DNA of 64,000 nucleotides from Oceanispirochaeta sp. (GTDB taxonomy: Bacteria; Spirochaetota; Spirochaetia; DSM-2461). A program made the translations under genes and the position numbers. Position 1 is the first letter of the stretch, and every line of letters starts with the position of its first letter. The stretch spans positions 448,001-512,000 of the forward strand of contig CAXXOA010000002.1 in NCBI GenBank assembly GCA_963666275.2. The letters are read 5' to 3'. The notes under the pieces were generated by a model that was not told the DNA's origin, did not search any database, and saw only the letters and a list, made by a program, of their open reading frames with translations. Below are positions 50,171 through 60,479 of the stretch, piece by piece.

Positions 50171-51895
50171 ATGCGCATCAGTCAGCTGTTTTATCAGACT
50201 TTGAAAGAAGTACCCAGGGAAGCTCAGATCCCAAGTCATCAGCTGATGTTCCGTGCCGGAATGATCCAGCAGCTGGCCAGCGGAATCTATAATTATCTTC
50301 CCCTGGCCTATAAAAGTATTCGCAAGCTGGAAACTATAATCAGAGAAGAGCTGGAGAAAAAGGGCTGTCAGGAGGTCCTGCTTCCCTATGTACAGCCTTC
50401 TGAATTATGGGAGGAAAGCGGACGCTGGGGGTACTATGGCCCTGAACTGCTCCGGTTTAAAGATAGAAAAGGCGGAGATTTCTGTCTGGGACCGACCCAT
50501 GAAGAGGTTATCACAGACATGGTCAGAAAAAATCTGAAATCCTACAGGCAGCTTCCCTGGAATATCTTTCAGATTCAGACAAAATTCAGGGATGAAGTGC
50601 GTCCCCGATTCGGTCTGATGAGAGGCCGGGAATTTATTATGAAAGACGGTTACAGTTTTGATGTGGACGAGGAAGCTTCCAAAGTCACCTATCAGAAAAT
50701 GTACGATGCCTATACGGCGATTTTTTCCCGCTGTGGTCTTACATTCCGGGCAGTTGATGCTGCTACCGGTAATATCGGCGGGGATATGAGCCATGAGTTT
50801 CAGGTCCTGGCCCAGTCAGGTGAGGATCTCATTCTCAGCTGCGATACATGCAGCTACGCCGCCAATGTGGAAAAGGCTGTGACAAAGCGTTCCGAAGGAA
50901 CCAGGGACTCGTCCCTGTTTGAAGAGCCTGAAGAAGTACATACTCCCGGATGTAAAACCATCGAGGAGATTTCAGATTTTCTGAAGATGGATGCTTCCCG
51001 GTTTATCAAGAGTATTGTTTATATCATTGATGAGGAACCTGTTCTGATTCTTATCCGGGGGGATCTGGATATCAATGAATCCAAGGTTCAGACCATTATG
51101 GGAGCCAACAGTGTAGAGTTGGCTGATGACGCTACCGTCCTTGAAATTACAGGGGCCGGAACCGGATTTGCCGGGCCGGTGGGGCTGAAAAAGAAAGTGA
51201 AAATTCTGGCAGATTTTTCTGTGACTTCTGGTGAGAATTTTGTTTCCGGCGCCAATAAGGATGATTATCATCTTAAAAATGTGAATTACGGAAAAGATTA
51301 TACTCCTGATATGCTGGGAGATATTACCTTCGCTGCCGCCGGAGAGAGCTGTCCCCATTGCGATGGAAAGCTTGAAGAGCATCGTGGCATTGAGGTTGGA
51401 CAGGTATTCTATCTGGGGACAAAATACTCCAAAACCATGAACTGCTCCTATCTCGATAAAGACGGTAAGGATCAGCTTGCTGTTATGGGCTGCTACGGTA
51501 TCGGTGTCGGCAGGACTGTGGCTGCAGCGATTGAGCAGAATCATGACGATGACGGGATTATCTGGCCGGCGGCTCTGGCTCCTTTTGAAGCAGTGGTCCT
51601 TCCTCTGCAGATGAATAAGGAAGAGGTTGTTCAGGCGGGAGACACCATTTATGAGGAACTGAAAGCCCAAGGTGTTGATACCGCTCTGGATGACAGGGAG
51701 GAAAGAGCCGGATTTAAATTCAAGGATGCCGACCTGATAGGATACCCCCTGCAGATTGTTGTGGGAGCCCGATCTCTGGAAAACGGAGAAGTGGAAGTGA
51801 AAATCCGGAAAACCGGCGAGAAAATGAACCTCTCTCTGGATAAAGTGGCTTCTTTTGTCAAAGAGTATATTGACGGGGAGAAAGCCATTTCCTGA
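50171..51895 (+). CDS. proS: Proline--tRNA ligase (bacterial type with INS editing domain)
   Basis: SHQLMFRAG, LGPTHEE, FRDEVRPRFGLMRGREF, GANK, GCYGIGVGR and the anticodon-binding domain. Confidence 0.98.
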   Translation: MRISQLFYQTLKEVPREAQIPSHQLMFRAGMIQQLASGIYNYLPLAYKSIRKLETIIREELEKKGCQEVLLPYVQPSELWEESGRWGYYGPELLRFKDRKGGDFCLGPTHEEVITDMVRKNLKSYRQLPWNIFQIQTKFRDEVRPRFGLMRGREFIMKDGYSFDVDEEASKVTYQKMYDAYTAIFSRCGLTFRAVDAATGNIGGDMSHEFQVLAQSGEDLILSCDTCSYAANVEKAVTKRSEGTRDSSLFEEPEEVHTPGCKTIEEISDFLKMDASRFIKSIVYIIDEEPVLILIRGDLDINESKVQTIMGANSVELADDATVLEITGAGTGFAGPVGLKKKVKILADFSVTSGENFVSGANKDDYHLKNVNYGKDYTPDMLGDITFAAAGESCPHCDGKLEEHRGIEVGQVFYLGTKYSKTMNCSYLDKDGKDQLAVMGCYGIGVGRTVAAAIEQNHDDDGIIWPAALAPFEAVVLPLQMNKEEVVQAGDTIYEELKAQGVDTALDDREERAGFKFKDADLIGYPLQIVVGARSLENGEVEVKIRKTGEKMNLSLDKVASFVKEYIDGEKAIS

Positions 51896-51925
51896 ATGAC
51901 AGGATCGCAACGGACAAAATAGACG

Positions 51926-51966
51926 AAGGGTGGTAGAACGAAAGGTTCTTCTGCCCTTTTTTTTTT
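51926..51966 (+). terminator. Intrinsic terminator after proS
   Basis: AAGGGTGG-t-AGAAC-gaaag-GTTCT-t-CTGCCCTT followed by a long T run. Confidence 0.7.
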
Positions 51967-51992
51967 ACTCATCAGGATATATATTGTTAAGC

Positions 51993-52649
51993 ATGAAAGG
52001 ATACTGTTTATTTTTTACACTCCTGTTTCTGCTGGGGACCTCTACCGCTCTTTTCAGCCTTGAACTCGAGTATCAGGGTATTGATGGTGAAGTGGGCTTC
52101 CTGTGGAAGCATAATGAGGGATATGACAGTCAGAAGGGTGATAGCGGACCGGATCTTTTCACTTTTTTTCCCGGAGTCTCAGTGTTCTTTACCCTGGACG
52201 AACACTGGTTTTTCAAACCTGGAGTCTTTATGTACACCGAGACTCTGCAGTATCTTCCCGACAGGGATTATACCATTCCTGTTGATCAGGCGAATATAGA
52301 CTCCATGTCGGTTCTTGCCATGACGATTCAGCCTGCAGCCGGGTATCGGTGGACAGTTAAGGAAAGGCATACTTTCGGTGTCCAGACCGGTCTGGGGTTC
52401 AATTTTCAAATTCCCCTCTGGGGGCCGGGCAGTGATGACAGGGGTAAGATGTTTTCCTCTCTTATGAGAGAGTGGTTTTATATAAACCCCGGATTCTGGT
52501 ATTACAATCCCCTCACAGAACGCTTTGCCTTCACTTTCCGTACAGAAGTGGGGCTTCCTGTCTATAACACTTTTATAGACCGAAATCTTCCTTTTTCCGA
52601 CGGCCTGACTGTTCTGGGTATGGTAGGTATCCGGGTTATTGTGCAATAA
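51993..52649 (+). CDS. Exported protein, probable outer-membrane beta-barrel
   Basis: Signal peptide from ATG 51993, then alternating aromatic/amphipathic strands ending VLGMVGIRVIVQ. Confidence 0.6.
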   Translation: MKGYCLFFTLLFLLGTSTALFSLELEYQGIDGEVGFLWKHNEGYDSQKGDSGPDLFTFFPGVSVFFTLDEHWFFKPGVFMYTETLQYLPDRDYTIPVDQANIDSMSVLAMTIQPAAGYRWTVKERHTFGVQTGLGFNFQIPLWGPGSDDRGKMFSSLMREWFYINPGFWYYNPLTERFAFTFRTEVGLPVYNTFIDRNLPFSDGLTVLGMVGIRVIVQ

Positions 52650-52664
52650 CCCGGCAAGGATCTA

Positions 52665-53918
52665 TCAGATATACTCTTTCGTGTCCCTGTGAAACCGGCA
52701 ATCATCCTCTCTACTCATGATAAGTGATAGAAAGGCCGCATTGGCCGTATCCAGAACACCTGCAAACAGAACCAGAACCGGCAGTACCGGAAGTATCAGA
52801 ATATACCCCTCTGTAAGCCCTCTGCCGTAGAAACTGCAGGACAGGATAAGTGCTGTATAAAGGGCTGTATAGGAGTGGGAGAAAAGCAGGAATGAGACAC
52901 ATACGGAGACTCCCATAACCCAGAAAACCTGAAAGGCAGTCAATTCAAGGCTGGAGTAGGATTTCAGTATGGTGAGCAATGCCACATTTGTGACCATGGC
53001 GGTCCCGGCTTTGGCGAAAAGGGTCAGAAAAGGAAGGGATAAGCCGGACATCTTCCGTTTAATTCCGCTGTTCTCCTTAAGGGTTCTCAGCAGGATCTGG
53101 GCGTTTATGAAATTGTCCCCTGTAAAAAGAGAACTGATCAGGGGTGCCGTAAAAGCCCGCATCTCAGAAAAGGGCCTTTTCCCTGTCAGAAGGAAGTAGA
53201 CGAGAGGATAGACTACAAAAAGAAGAAAGGCTGTGGATATCCCGATTATACGGAATAATCCTGTATAGGAGCTGAAGTCCTCTATTCCTGTCAGATGGGC
53301 CGTGGCAATGGCAGATACCGGAATGATCAGGATGAAAAAAGCATTTGTGAAAAAGGCATTCATTTTATAAAAGAGACGCCCGAAAGAGTCAAAAAGGTTG
53401 TAGACAGGTTCTGCTTCTTCTTTGTCCTTGAAAAGCTGTGTTCCCAGAAAGAAGGCAAAAATCAGGGCCGGAAGGATAAAGTCTCCGGAATTCTGAAATA
53501 TTTCAAAGAGGTTCACAGGAAGAATGGATCTGAGGATCTCACTGGTTCCCATGTTGTTCAGGCCATTCTGGTAGGGGAAAGGCGACATCCAGCCGTTTGT
53601 TTCGGTGATTATGGGAATACGGCTCATGGGCATAAGCATAGACAGTCCCGTGCTGACTATGACCTGGATAAGGGCTGCCGAGAGGGCCAGAATGATCAGT
53701 TTCAAAGAGCTTTTAATCAGCAGTCTTTCCCGTCTCAGCTGGCAGACTGAAATTGAGAGTGTGAAAAAAAGCAGAGGGAATATGATATACCTACCAAACC
53801 GGAGTCCGAATTCTCCCAGGGAAAAGAGTATATTGTACTGGATTGTACCGGGTTGAGAAATCAATCCCAGTAAAATGCCTGTTATTCCTGCAAGGGTATA
53901 TTTTAACCACAACTTCAT
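52665..53918 (-). CDS. Dicarboxylate/amino acid:cation symporter (DAACS) family-like transporter
   Basis: MKLWLKY..GILLG, IIFPLLFFTL, ILPVNLF and ILPALIFAFFLG. GGAGG SD before ATG 53918. Confidence 0.75.
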   Translation of the reverse strand: MKLWLKYTLAGITGILLGLISQPGTIQYNILFSLGEFGLRFGRYIIFPLLFFTLSISVCQLRRERLLIKSSLKLIILALSAALIQVIVSTGLSMLMPMSRIPIITETNGWMSPFPYQNGLNNMGTSEILRSILPVNLFEIFQNSGDFILPALIFAFFLGTQLFKDKEEAEPVYNLFDSFGRLFYKMNAFFTNAFFILIIPVSAIATAHLTGIEDFSSYTGLFRIIGISTAFLLFVVYPLVYFLLTGKRPFSEMRAFTAPLISSLFTGDNFINAQILLRTLKENSGIKRKMSGLSLPFLTLFAKAGTAMVTNVALLTILKSYSSLELTAFQVFWVMGVSVCVSFLLFSHSYTALYTALILSCSFYGRGLTEGYILILPVLPVLVLFAGVLDTANAAFLSLIMSREDDCRFHRDTKEYI

Positions 53919-53945
53919 GAGAGCCTCCAATTCAGGGGTAATGAA

Positions 53946-54608
53946 TTATTTTCTTTTTATTATTGGAAGAGACTGAAATATTCCTTTCTTTTCAGAAAAT
54001 TTCAACCATTCGCCATTTGCCCTGGGATCAGAATTGTCCAGAACATTCAGGATAAAATCACCGAAGTCATCCATCTCGGTAATCTGAGTCAGAAATCCGC
54101 ATTTGTAAATCCCGGGCATCCGGGAAAGAAGGACGGCATCCGCAAACGCATGAAATCCCCCCCGGATCAGATTGCTCACGGGAAAAATGCCTTCAGAATC
54201 TCTATCGGGCTCGGCAAAGGCCAGAGTTCCCTTTTCTTCAGAGACAAAGTAGTCCACAAGCTCTTTTATCAGGTAGAGAGAACCATGGATGAAGGTATTG
54301 ATCGCTTCATCCATACTTTCTATGGATGACTCTGACAGAGAGGAGGGTATCTTGGGTTCGGGATGCACCACCAGGACCGTATCGATCCTTCCGAAAGATC
54401 TGACAGCTTCCCGTATTACAGTTTTGGACGAGATGAGAGATCCCCTGTTCCAGGGAATAACGCGGAGATTCCTGTTACTGGATTCTTTCAGTTTATCCTG
54501 TGAGGTCATTACGGGGGCGATAACCCTGTTCCCCTTGTTGAGGCTCAATTCAATGAGCTTCCTGCCAAGGAGAGTTTCGCTGCCGATAATGAGAACGATT
54601 TTATCCAT
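53946..54608 (-). CDS. Short-chain dehydrogenase/reductase-like protein (degenerate)
   Basis: KIVLIIGSETLLG and FGRIDTVL Rossmann pattern. No YxxxK motif. Confidence 0.65.
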   Translation of the reverse strand: MDKIVLIIGSETLLGRKLIELSLNKGNRVIAPVMTSQDKLKESSNRNLRVIPWNRGSLISSKTVIREAVRSFGRIDTVLVVHPEPKIPSSLSESSIESMDEAINTFIHGSLYLIKELVDYFVSEEKGTLAFAEPDRDSEGIFPVSNLIRGGFHAFADAVLLSRMPGIYKCGFLTQITEMDDFGDFILNVLDNSDPRANGEWLKFSEKKGIFQSLPIIKRK

Positions 54609-54651
54609 ATGATGCTATAGTAGCCTCTTGGGGCGACCGGGTCAACAAGGA

Positions 54652-57600
54652 TTATCCATTCTCTTTTTCCAGATACGCAAGGATTTTTTTGACCTTATAT
54701 TCCGATTCAGCCAGGGCATTCTGCAGATCTGTCATGAAGACTTCGAATTTTTCAAGGGAATTCTGAAATTCCATATCTGTCCGGGGACCATTGAATTTCA
54801 GAGCCAGGATAATCGAAAACCACCAGACCGCTTCCTCCATCATTTCCTTGTTGTACCACAGGACATTCCTGTATTCATTGATACCGAACCAGTCGTAAAA
54901 ATCCCTGTCTTTCAGAAGAGATATAAAGAAGGCTCTGAAATCTCCCGCTGTATCTGACTTGAGCCAGTTTCTGTAGATATCGTAGAAATGAACCATATTG
55001 AAAAGCAGAGTGTCATGAAGCTCCGTCATTTTCAGAGCCTGAAACGACGGTATGATGATAGCCTCCATACGGATCCGGTTGCGGATATTGGCCTTGTTTA
55101 TCCTGGGACGGTTCATGTTCCGCATGATCTTTCTGATCCGATTGAGATCACTGGAAAGCATGGTGATCAGATCATCCATCCGGGGGGTATCAATGATCCC
55201 GGTTACCAGAAAATCCCGGATCATATTCATTGCCGGCTCATAGTCGGAGAATTTGATTGCCCTGTCCAGGTCTTTCACGCCCCTGTTGCCCACCCGGAGA
55301 AGGAGTTTTTCAAGAGACTTCTTTTCATCATCTTTCCTCTGGATTACCGGATAGTAGACGCGGGATTCATAGCCTTTCAGAACCAGAGGGAGTTCTGATC
55401 GAATCAGGTCCCGGTTTCTGAAGATATACCAGAGTTTTTCCTTCTGGTTATACATAATGGTATAATCGTCAGGATCCAGTCCCAGGATTTCCTGCATGTT
55501 TAGACTCCGCGTACCCATACGGTCTCCGAACTCGTTATTGATTGCTTTCGGAACACTCTGCCATATGGTTCCTTCTGTTTTGCGGAAGGAATTATTATAG
55601 AAAACCAGAGCGGTGCCCCTGTAACTTGTATTGATAAAGGCATACACATCTTCATTGACTTCGCTGTTTTCCATAAAGTCAAAAAGATGAAATCCCTTTG
55701 CTCCGGCAAAGACGGAACGTTTTTTCATGAGGGGAACAATTTCCCTGTAATGCCTTTTTACAAGCTCCTTGTCGGGAGATTCGTTCCAGTAGGCTTTTTT
55801 ATACTCCATACCGTATTTTTCTTCAAAGCCCTCAAACTGTCCGTGACCTATCATGGGGAGCCCCGGGAGTGTCATCATCAGGGTACAGACCCCGAAATAC
55901 TTCTCTTCTTTTCCGAACTGGGCAACCGCCGTATCTTCATCAGGGTTGTTCATGAAATTGACGAACCTTTTCAGGATTTTAGGATCATAATCCAGAGTCT
56001 CTTTCATGATTTTCCGGAATTCCCTGTTATCCTCTTTTTTCAAAAGATTCATAAAGGCGGAATTGTAAACCCTATGCATGCCCAGGTTTCGGACAAAGTA
56101 TCCCTCCATCATCCAGAATGCTTCTGCCAGAAGGAGTGTATCGGGCATTTCCACGGCAATCCTGTCGACCACTTCTCTCCAGAATTCCACGGGGATCTTA
56201 TCCATAATATCCTGTTTATTCATACTGAATTCCGAGCGGGAGGGTATCGCTCCGCCATGACCCGGTTCGGGGAACCAGAGTCTCTGGATATGCTTCCTGG
56301 CCAGTGTCATGGCCGCATCAAAACGGATGATGGGAAAGTGCCGGGCCACGTGGAGGATCTGCTGAAAAACCTCCTCCCTGATATGGGGTTCCAGAAAATT
56401 GATCTGGGCCGTATCGTTCCAGGGCATGGTTGTCCCATCGTTTCCATGGTAGACATAGCTGATTTCTCCGCTCCGGTTATCCACTCTCTTGAAAACCACA
56501 GCCGCATCGGAACGGTTGTAATATCCGTCTTCAATATAGAGGCTTATCCTGTCATCCTGAGAGAGATTGGGGCCGTTGAATGTGTATCCCGGATAGGGGA
56601 TATCGGGACGGCTGAGAAAATAGTCGGGATGCTCAGTGACCCAGTCGGAATCAAGGCCTGTGTGATTGGGAACCATATCGCTGGCCAGCCGGATCCCTTT
56701 GGTGAAACAACGGGATTTCAGGTTTTCCAGTGCCTCCCAGCCTCCCAGGACTCCTGATATATCATAGCGGTTCAGGGAATAGGCTGATGCCTCTGCTTCG
56801 GGGTTTCCGCAAATCCTTTTGATGGTTTTGGAGGCAGGGCTCCTTTCCCAGAGACCAATCAGCCAGAGACCTGTGATACCCCTTTCTGCCAGTTCATCCA
56901 GTTCTTCATCGGGAATACTGTCCAGAGTTTCTATGGGTGTTCCGTATTTTTTCGAAAGCTGATCCAGCCAGACATAGGCATTTTTAGCAAGGAGGATAAG
57001 ATTGGGCATCCAGTCCGAGTCCTGGCTGAATTTGGCTGAATCCTCTTCCAGGCTTGCGAAATCTATCCCTTCCACCGGACCGGGACCTCCACCGAAAAAA
57101 CGGGGCATGTTCTCTTCTGTATGGAAATCCACAGCCTGCAGAAGAAACTCTGTATCCAGCTCCAGAAAGGCATTCCATGTATTCATTATAAAAAGGATCT
57201 GATCCTTTAAAGATCCGGGAAACCTCCTGGAAGGCTCCAGCAGTTTTTCCACAAGATCGAATTTTTCATATTCCCTTGCTCCCGTCAGGTTGATATGGCT
57301 GTTCAGATTGTGAAGGATTGTTTTTCTCAGGGGAAGTGAGAGTCCCTCATCGGGAAAAAGGGTTTTCAGGGTTCTGCAGGCGGGATTCTGATTGGTCAGA
57401 TAGAGGAGTGCCCCGTCGATGACGCGGGTGTCCAGTTTCTGAATTTCTCTGAGCTTTCCGGCGGAAACCTGTTCCGTTTCCTTCAGAATCCTGTCCGGAA
57501 ATTCTTTTACAAGGGAACGGAGGTAGGTATCCCACTCCTCCTGCTGGCCCGATTCGGTTATGCCGGAGATGGAGTAATCCCGACCGGAGGTTTTACCGAT

Positions 57601-57840
57601 GTGGGCAAAATACTGCTGAATGAGCCTTCTGTAGAGCATGTTGAGAACAGAAAGCAGATAGATATCACAGGCTTTTATGGTTTCCGGAGGATTCAGGGAA
57701 CTGTTTGATCTGGAGGAAAGCTCTCTGGTCTGAGAGATACTTTCCAGCAGAAACCAGCCGTCCTCATTCATCTGGGACGGCTGGATCTGCATTTTCTCGC
57801 GGACGGTTTTTTCCAGGTAGATATAATTCAGTTGTTCCAT
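54652..57840 (-). CDS. Large alpha-amylase family (GH13) glycoside hydrolase
   Basis: DMVPNHTG, IRFDAAMTL (nucleophile), LLAEAFW (acid/base) and FMNNPDE. Confidence 0.9.
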   Translation of the reverse strand: MEQLNYIYLEKTVREKMQIQPSQMNEDGWFLLESISQTRELSSRSNSSLNPPETIKACDIYLLSVLNMLYRRLIQQYFAHIGKTSGRDYSISGITESGQQEEWDTYLRSLVKEFPDRILKETEQVSAGKLREIQKLDTRVIDGALLYLTNQNPACRTLKTLFPDEGLSLPLRKTILHNLNSHINLTGAREYEKFDLVEKLLEPSRRFPGSLKDQILFIMNTWNAFLELDTEFLLQAVDFHTEENMPRFFGGGPGPVEGIDFASLEEDSAKFSQDSDWMPNLILLAKNAYVWLDQLSKKYGTPIETLDSIPDEELDELAERGITGLWLIGLWERSPASKTIKRICGNPEAEASAYSLNRYDISGVLGGWEALENLKSRCFTKGIRLASDMVPNHTGLDSDWVTEHPDYFLSRPDIPYPGYTFNGPNLSQDDRISLYIEDGYYNRSDAAVVFKRVDNRSGEISYVYHGNDGTTMPWNDTAQINFLEPHIREEVFQQILHVARHFPIIRFDAAMTLARKHIQRLWFPEPGHGGAIPSRSEFSMNKQDIMDKIPVEFWREVVDRIAVEMPDTLLLAEAFWMMEGYFVRNLGMHRVYNSAFMNLLKKEDNREFRKIMKETLDYDPKILKRFVNFMNNPDEDTAVAQFGKEEKYFGVCTLMMTLPGLPMIGHGQFEGFEEKYGMEYKKAYWNESPDKELVKRHYREIVPLMKKRSVFAGAKGFHLFDFMENSEVNEDVYAFINTSYRGTALVFYNNSFRKTEGTIWQSVPKAINNEFGDRMGTRSLNMQEILGLDPDDYTIMYNQKEKLWYIFRNRDLIRSELPLVLKGYESRVYYPVIQRKDDEKKSLEKLLLRVGNRGVKDLDRAIKFSDYEPAMNMIRDFLVTGIIDTPRMDDLITMLSSDLNRIRKIMRNMNRPRINKANIRNRIRMEAIIIPSFQALKMTELHDTLLFNMVHFYDIYRNWLKSDTAGDFRAFFISLLKDRDFYDWFGINEYRNVLWYNKEMMEEAVWWFSIILALKFNGPRTDMEFQNSLEKFEVFMTDLQNALAESEYKVKKILAYLEKENG

Positions 57841-57880
57841 AGTGGCCCTCCGGAGAATTGTTACAGTTATCAGTTTTTCA

Positions 57881-59131
57881 TTATAGCTTGGAAAAATCTA
57901 ATGTTGCAAAGTAATCTTCTATCGTTTCTCTCCGTCGTATTTCTGTGACGCTGCCGTCTTCATGAAGAAGAAGTTCCGCATGTCTGAGTTTCCCGTTGTA
58001 GTTAAAACCCATAGCATAACCATGGGCTCCCGTATCATGGATGACAATAAAATCATCCCCCTCTATTCTGGGGAGGGGACGGTCAATGGCAAATTTATCA
58101 TTGTTCTCGCACAAGGATCCTGATACGTCATAGATGTGATCCACCGGCGCATTCTCCTTGCCGGGAATGGTTATATGATGATAGGCTCCGTACATTCCCG
58201 GACGCATCAGATCCGCCATACAGGCATCCACACCGATATAATGCTTATAGGTATCTTTTTTATGGATCGCTTTGGTGACAAGATAGCCGTAGGGGCCGGT
58301 TACCATCCGTCCGCACTCCATATAAATCTTCAGGTTCTGATTTTCAGGAGACCCTATGGTCTTTTCATAGTACTCCTTAATGCCTCTGGATACATATTCC
58401 AGATCGACAGGACTTTCCTCCACTCTGTAGGGAATTCCGATTCCTCCGCCCAGATTGATAAATTCAAATTCGATCCCCAGGTCTTCCTGAAGCTCTTTAA
58501 CCAGATCCAGCAGCATCCGGCCGGTTTCGATAAAGTAGTCGGGATTCAGTTCGTTTGAAGCAACCATTGTATGAAGTCCGAATCGTTTCACTCCGTACTC
58601 CATGGCTTTTCTGTAACCCTCTTTCAGCTGTTCTCTTGTGAAACCGTACTTGGCTTCTTCAGGAGAACCGATAATGGTGTTTCCTTTTTTAAGAGGCCCC
58701 GGGTTGTAGCGGAAGCAGAGAAGCTCGGGGAGCCCCGGTCCGCTGTGAAGAAAATCCACATGGGTAATGTCATCAAGATTAATGACTGCACCCAGCTCAA
58801 GGGCTTTTGCATACTCTTCCATGGGAGTGTCATTGGAGGTAAACATGATCTCTTCTCCCTTCATTCCCGCTTTTTCCGCCAGCAGAAGCTCTGGAAGAGA
58901 AGAGCAGTCGGCCCCCATTCCCAGAGAGTGCAGCATTTTCATTATATAGGGATTGGGAAGTGCTTTTACGGCAAAATAGTTCCGGAATCCGCCGGGAGCC
59001 CAGTCAAAGGCTTTCAGAAAGTAGGCGGCATTCTCTTTTATTGCTTTCTCATCATAAATATGGAAAGGAGTGGGATGTCCTTTCTCTATGGTTTTCAGTT
59101 CATCCCTGGTAAAGGGTATTGTTCTGTTCAT
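57881..59131 (-). CDS. lysA: Diaminopimelate decarboxylase
   Basis: TPFHIYDE, YFAVKALPNP (PLP lysine), INLGGGIG, ECGR, GSLCENND and GAHGYAMGFNYN. Confidence 0.95.
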   Translation of the reverse strand: MNRTIPFTRDELKTIEKGHPTPFHIYDEKAIKENAAYFLKAFDWAPGGFRNYFAVKALPNPYIMKMLHSLGMGADCSSLPELLLAEKAGMKGEEIMFTSNDTPMEEYAKALELGAVINLDDITHVDFLHSGPGLPELLCFRYNPGPLKKGNTIIGSPEEAKYGFTREQLKEGYRKAMEYGVKRFGLHTMVASNELNPDYFIETGRMLLDLVKELQEDLGIEFEFINLGGGIGIPYRVEESPVDLEYVSRGIKEYYEKTIGSPENQNLKIYMECGRMVTGPYGYLVTKAIHKKDTYKHYIGVDACMADLMRPGMYGAYHHITIPGKENAPVDHIYDVSGSLCENNDKFAIDRPLPRIEGDDFIVIHDTGAHGYAMGFNYNGKLRHAELLLHEDGSVTEIRRRETIEDYFATLDFSKL

Positions 59132-59147
59132 ATACTATCTCCTGCAG

Positions 59148-59336
59148 TTAATTTTCTTTTTTCAATAGATTCCTGCACCAATCCCGAAAGACCGGCTCGG
59201 AAACCCTCTTCAGATGGTCATAGTCTTTTTCTTCGAGGTTTTCCAGTGTACTCCGGACGAGTTTCAATACATCTTCTTCATAACCGCACTCACGCGCTCG
59301 TAAATGGATATAATCGATACTTTCCTGCTTTGTCAT
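59148..59336 (-). CDS. Small hypothetical protein (62 aa) upstream of lysA
   Basis: Fills the gap co-directionally, 16 nt before the lysA start, with a charged helical composition. Confidence 0.6.
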   Translation of the reverse strand: MTKQESIDYIHLRARECGYEEDVLKLVRSTLENLEEKDYDHLKRVSEPVFRDWCRNLLKKEN

Positions 59337-59498
59337 TTCTTAACTCTTGGTGATAAGATTTTAAGTATTCTAGGATAAAACAGGGACCTTTGGGAATAGA
59401 GGAATTCCCTCATCAGGAAGTCTCTTTCCCTATTCTTTCACTGTCTGTTCGGTTACAATACTCCCATTAACCTATATTTGAACCATAAAGGAATACGT

Positions 59499-60479
59499 AT
59501 GATCAGAAGGTTCCTCCTATTTATACCTATCCTGCTCCTGCCCCTTCTGGCGGGCTGTACCAGAGCTCTTTATCCTGTATTTATTGACGGACAGGTCGGA
59601 TATATAGACAGAAAAGGGAATCCCGTAGTCGAGCCTGTTTATGAAAAAGGCGACTCATTTTCCGAGGGACTTGCCATTGTTTCAAGTCAGGGAAAGCTGG
59701 GATTTATAAACCACAAAGGGGAGCTTGTCATTGATCATCAGTTTGATCAGGCGGCTCCGTTTCATGAAGGTTTCGCTCTTGTCGTTGTTGACGGCAGGGT
59801 GGGTTACATCAATAAGAAGGGAGAGTTTCTCATTGAACCCACATTTGTAAGAGGGGGGAATTTCTCCGGAAAAAGAGCATCAGTTCATACCGATGAGGGG
59901 GTCACCTACCTCATAGATAATAAGGGAGAAACCATCCGGGAGGTCTCTTTCGAATATCTGGGAGAATTCCGGGAGGGGCTGGCCCTTTTTATCCGCCAGG
60001 GATTCTGCGGATTTATCGATGAGAACGGTATTGCTGTCATTGAACCCCAGTACGAATACGCGGGACCCTTTTCCGATGGATTGGCTTTGATCGTGCAGAA
60101 TGGAAAAGGCGGATACATAAACAAAAGCGGTGAGATCGTTATAGAGCCTGCCTACTCCTTTTCAGGGGATTTCTCCAATGGAAGGGCCCTTTTTGTAGAA
60201 GATGAAAAGGCCGGATATATCGATAAAACCGGAAAAACAGTTATATCGCCCCGGTATGCCTTTGCGGGTAATTTCTCTGAAAAGCTTGCGAAGGTTCAGA
60301 TCGGTGATCAGATGGGATTTATAAACACTTCCGGCGAAGTTGTTATTGAACCTGCCTATGATTATGGAGAGGATTTTCAGAACGGACTGGCCATGATGGT
60401 TAAAGGGGATTCCCTCGTCTATATTGATAAAAAGGGACGTGTTGTCTGGTCTGGAGTTCAGCCGGTACAGGAGGATTAA
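59499..60479 (+). CDS. WG-repeat (KWG Leptospira-type) lipoprotein
   Basis: Lipobox LLAG-C and nine G(Y/F)I(D/N)xxG-type repeats with FSEGLA-like spacers. Confidence 0.88.
   Translation: MIRRFLLFIPILLLPLLAGCTRALYPVFIDGQVGYIDRKGNPVVEPVYEKGDSFSEGLAIVSSQGKLGFINHKGELVIDHQFDQAAPFHEGFALVVVDGRVGYINKKGEFLIEPTFVRGGNFSGKRASVHTDEGVTYLIDNKGETIREVSFEYLGEFREGLALFIRQGFCGFIDENGIAVIEPQYEYAGPFSDGLALIVQNGKGGYINKSGEIVIEPAYSFSGDFSNGRALFVEDEKAGYIDKTGKTVISPRYAFAGNFSEKLAKVQIGDQMGFINTSGEVVIEPAYDYGEDFQNGLAMMVKGDSLVYIDKKGRVVWSGVQPVQED

Noticed and set aside
59337..59477. Possible lysine riboswitch upstream of lysA
   Set aside because: The region is short, shared with a divergent gene, and shows no recognisable L-box core or terminator.
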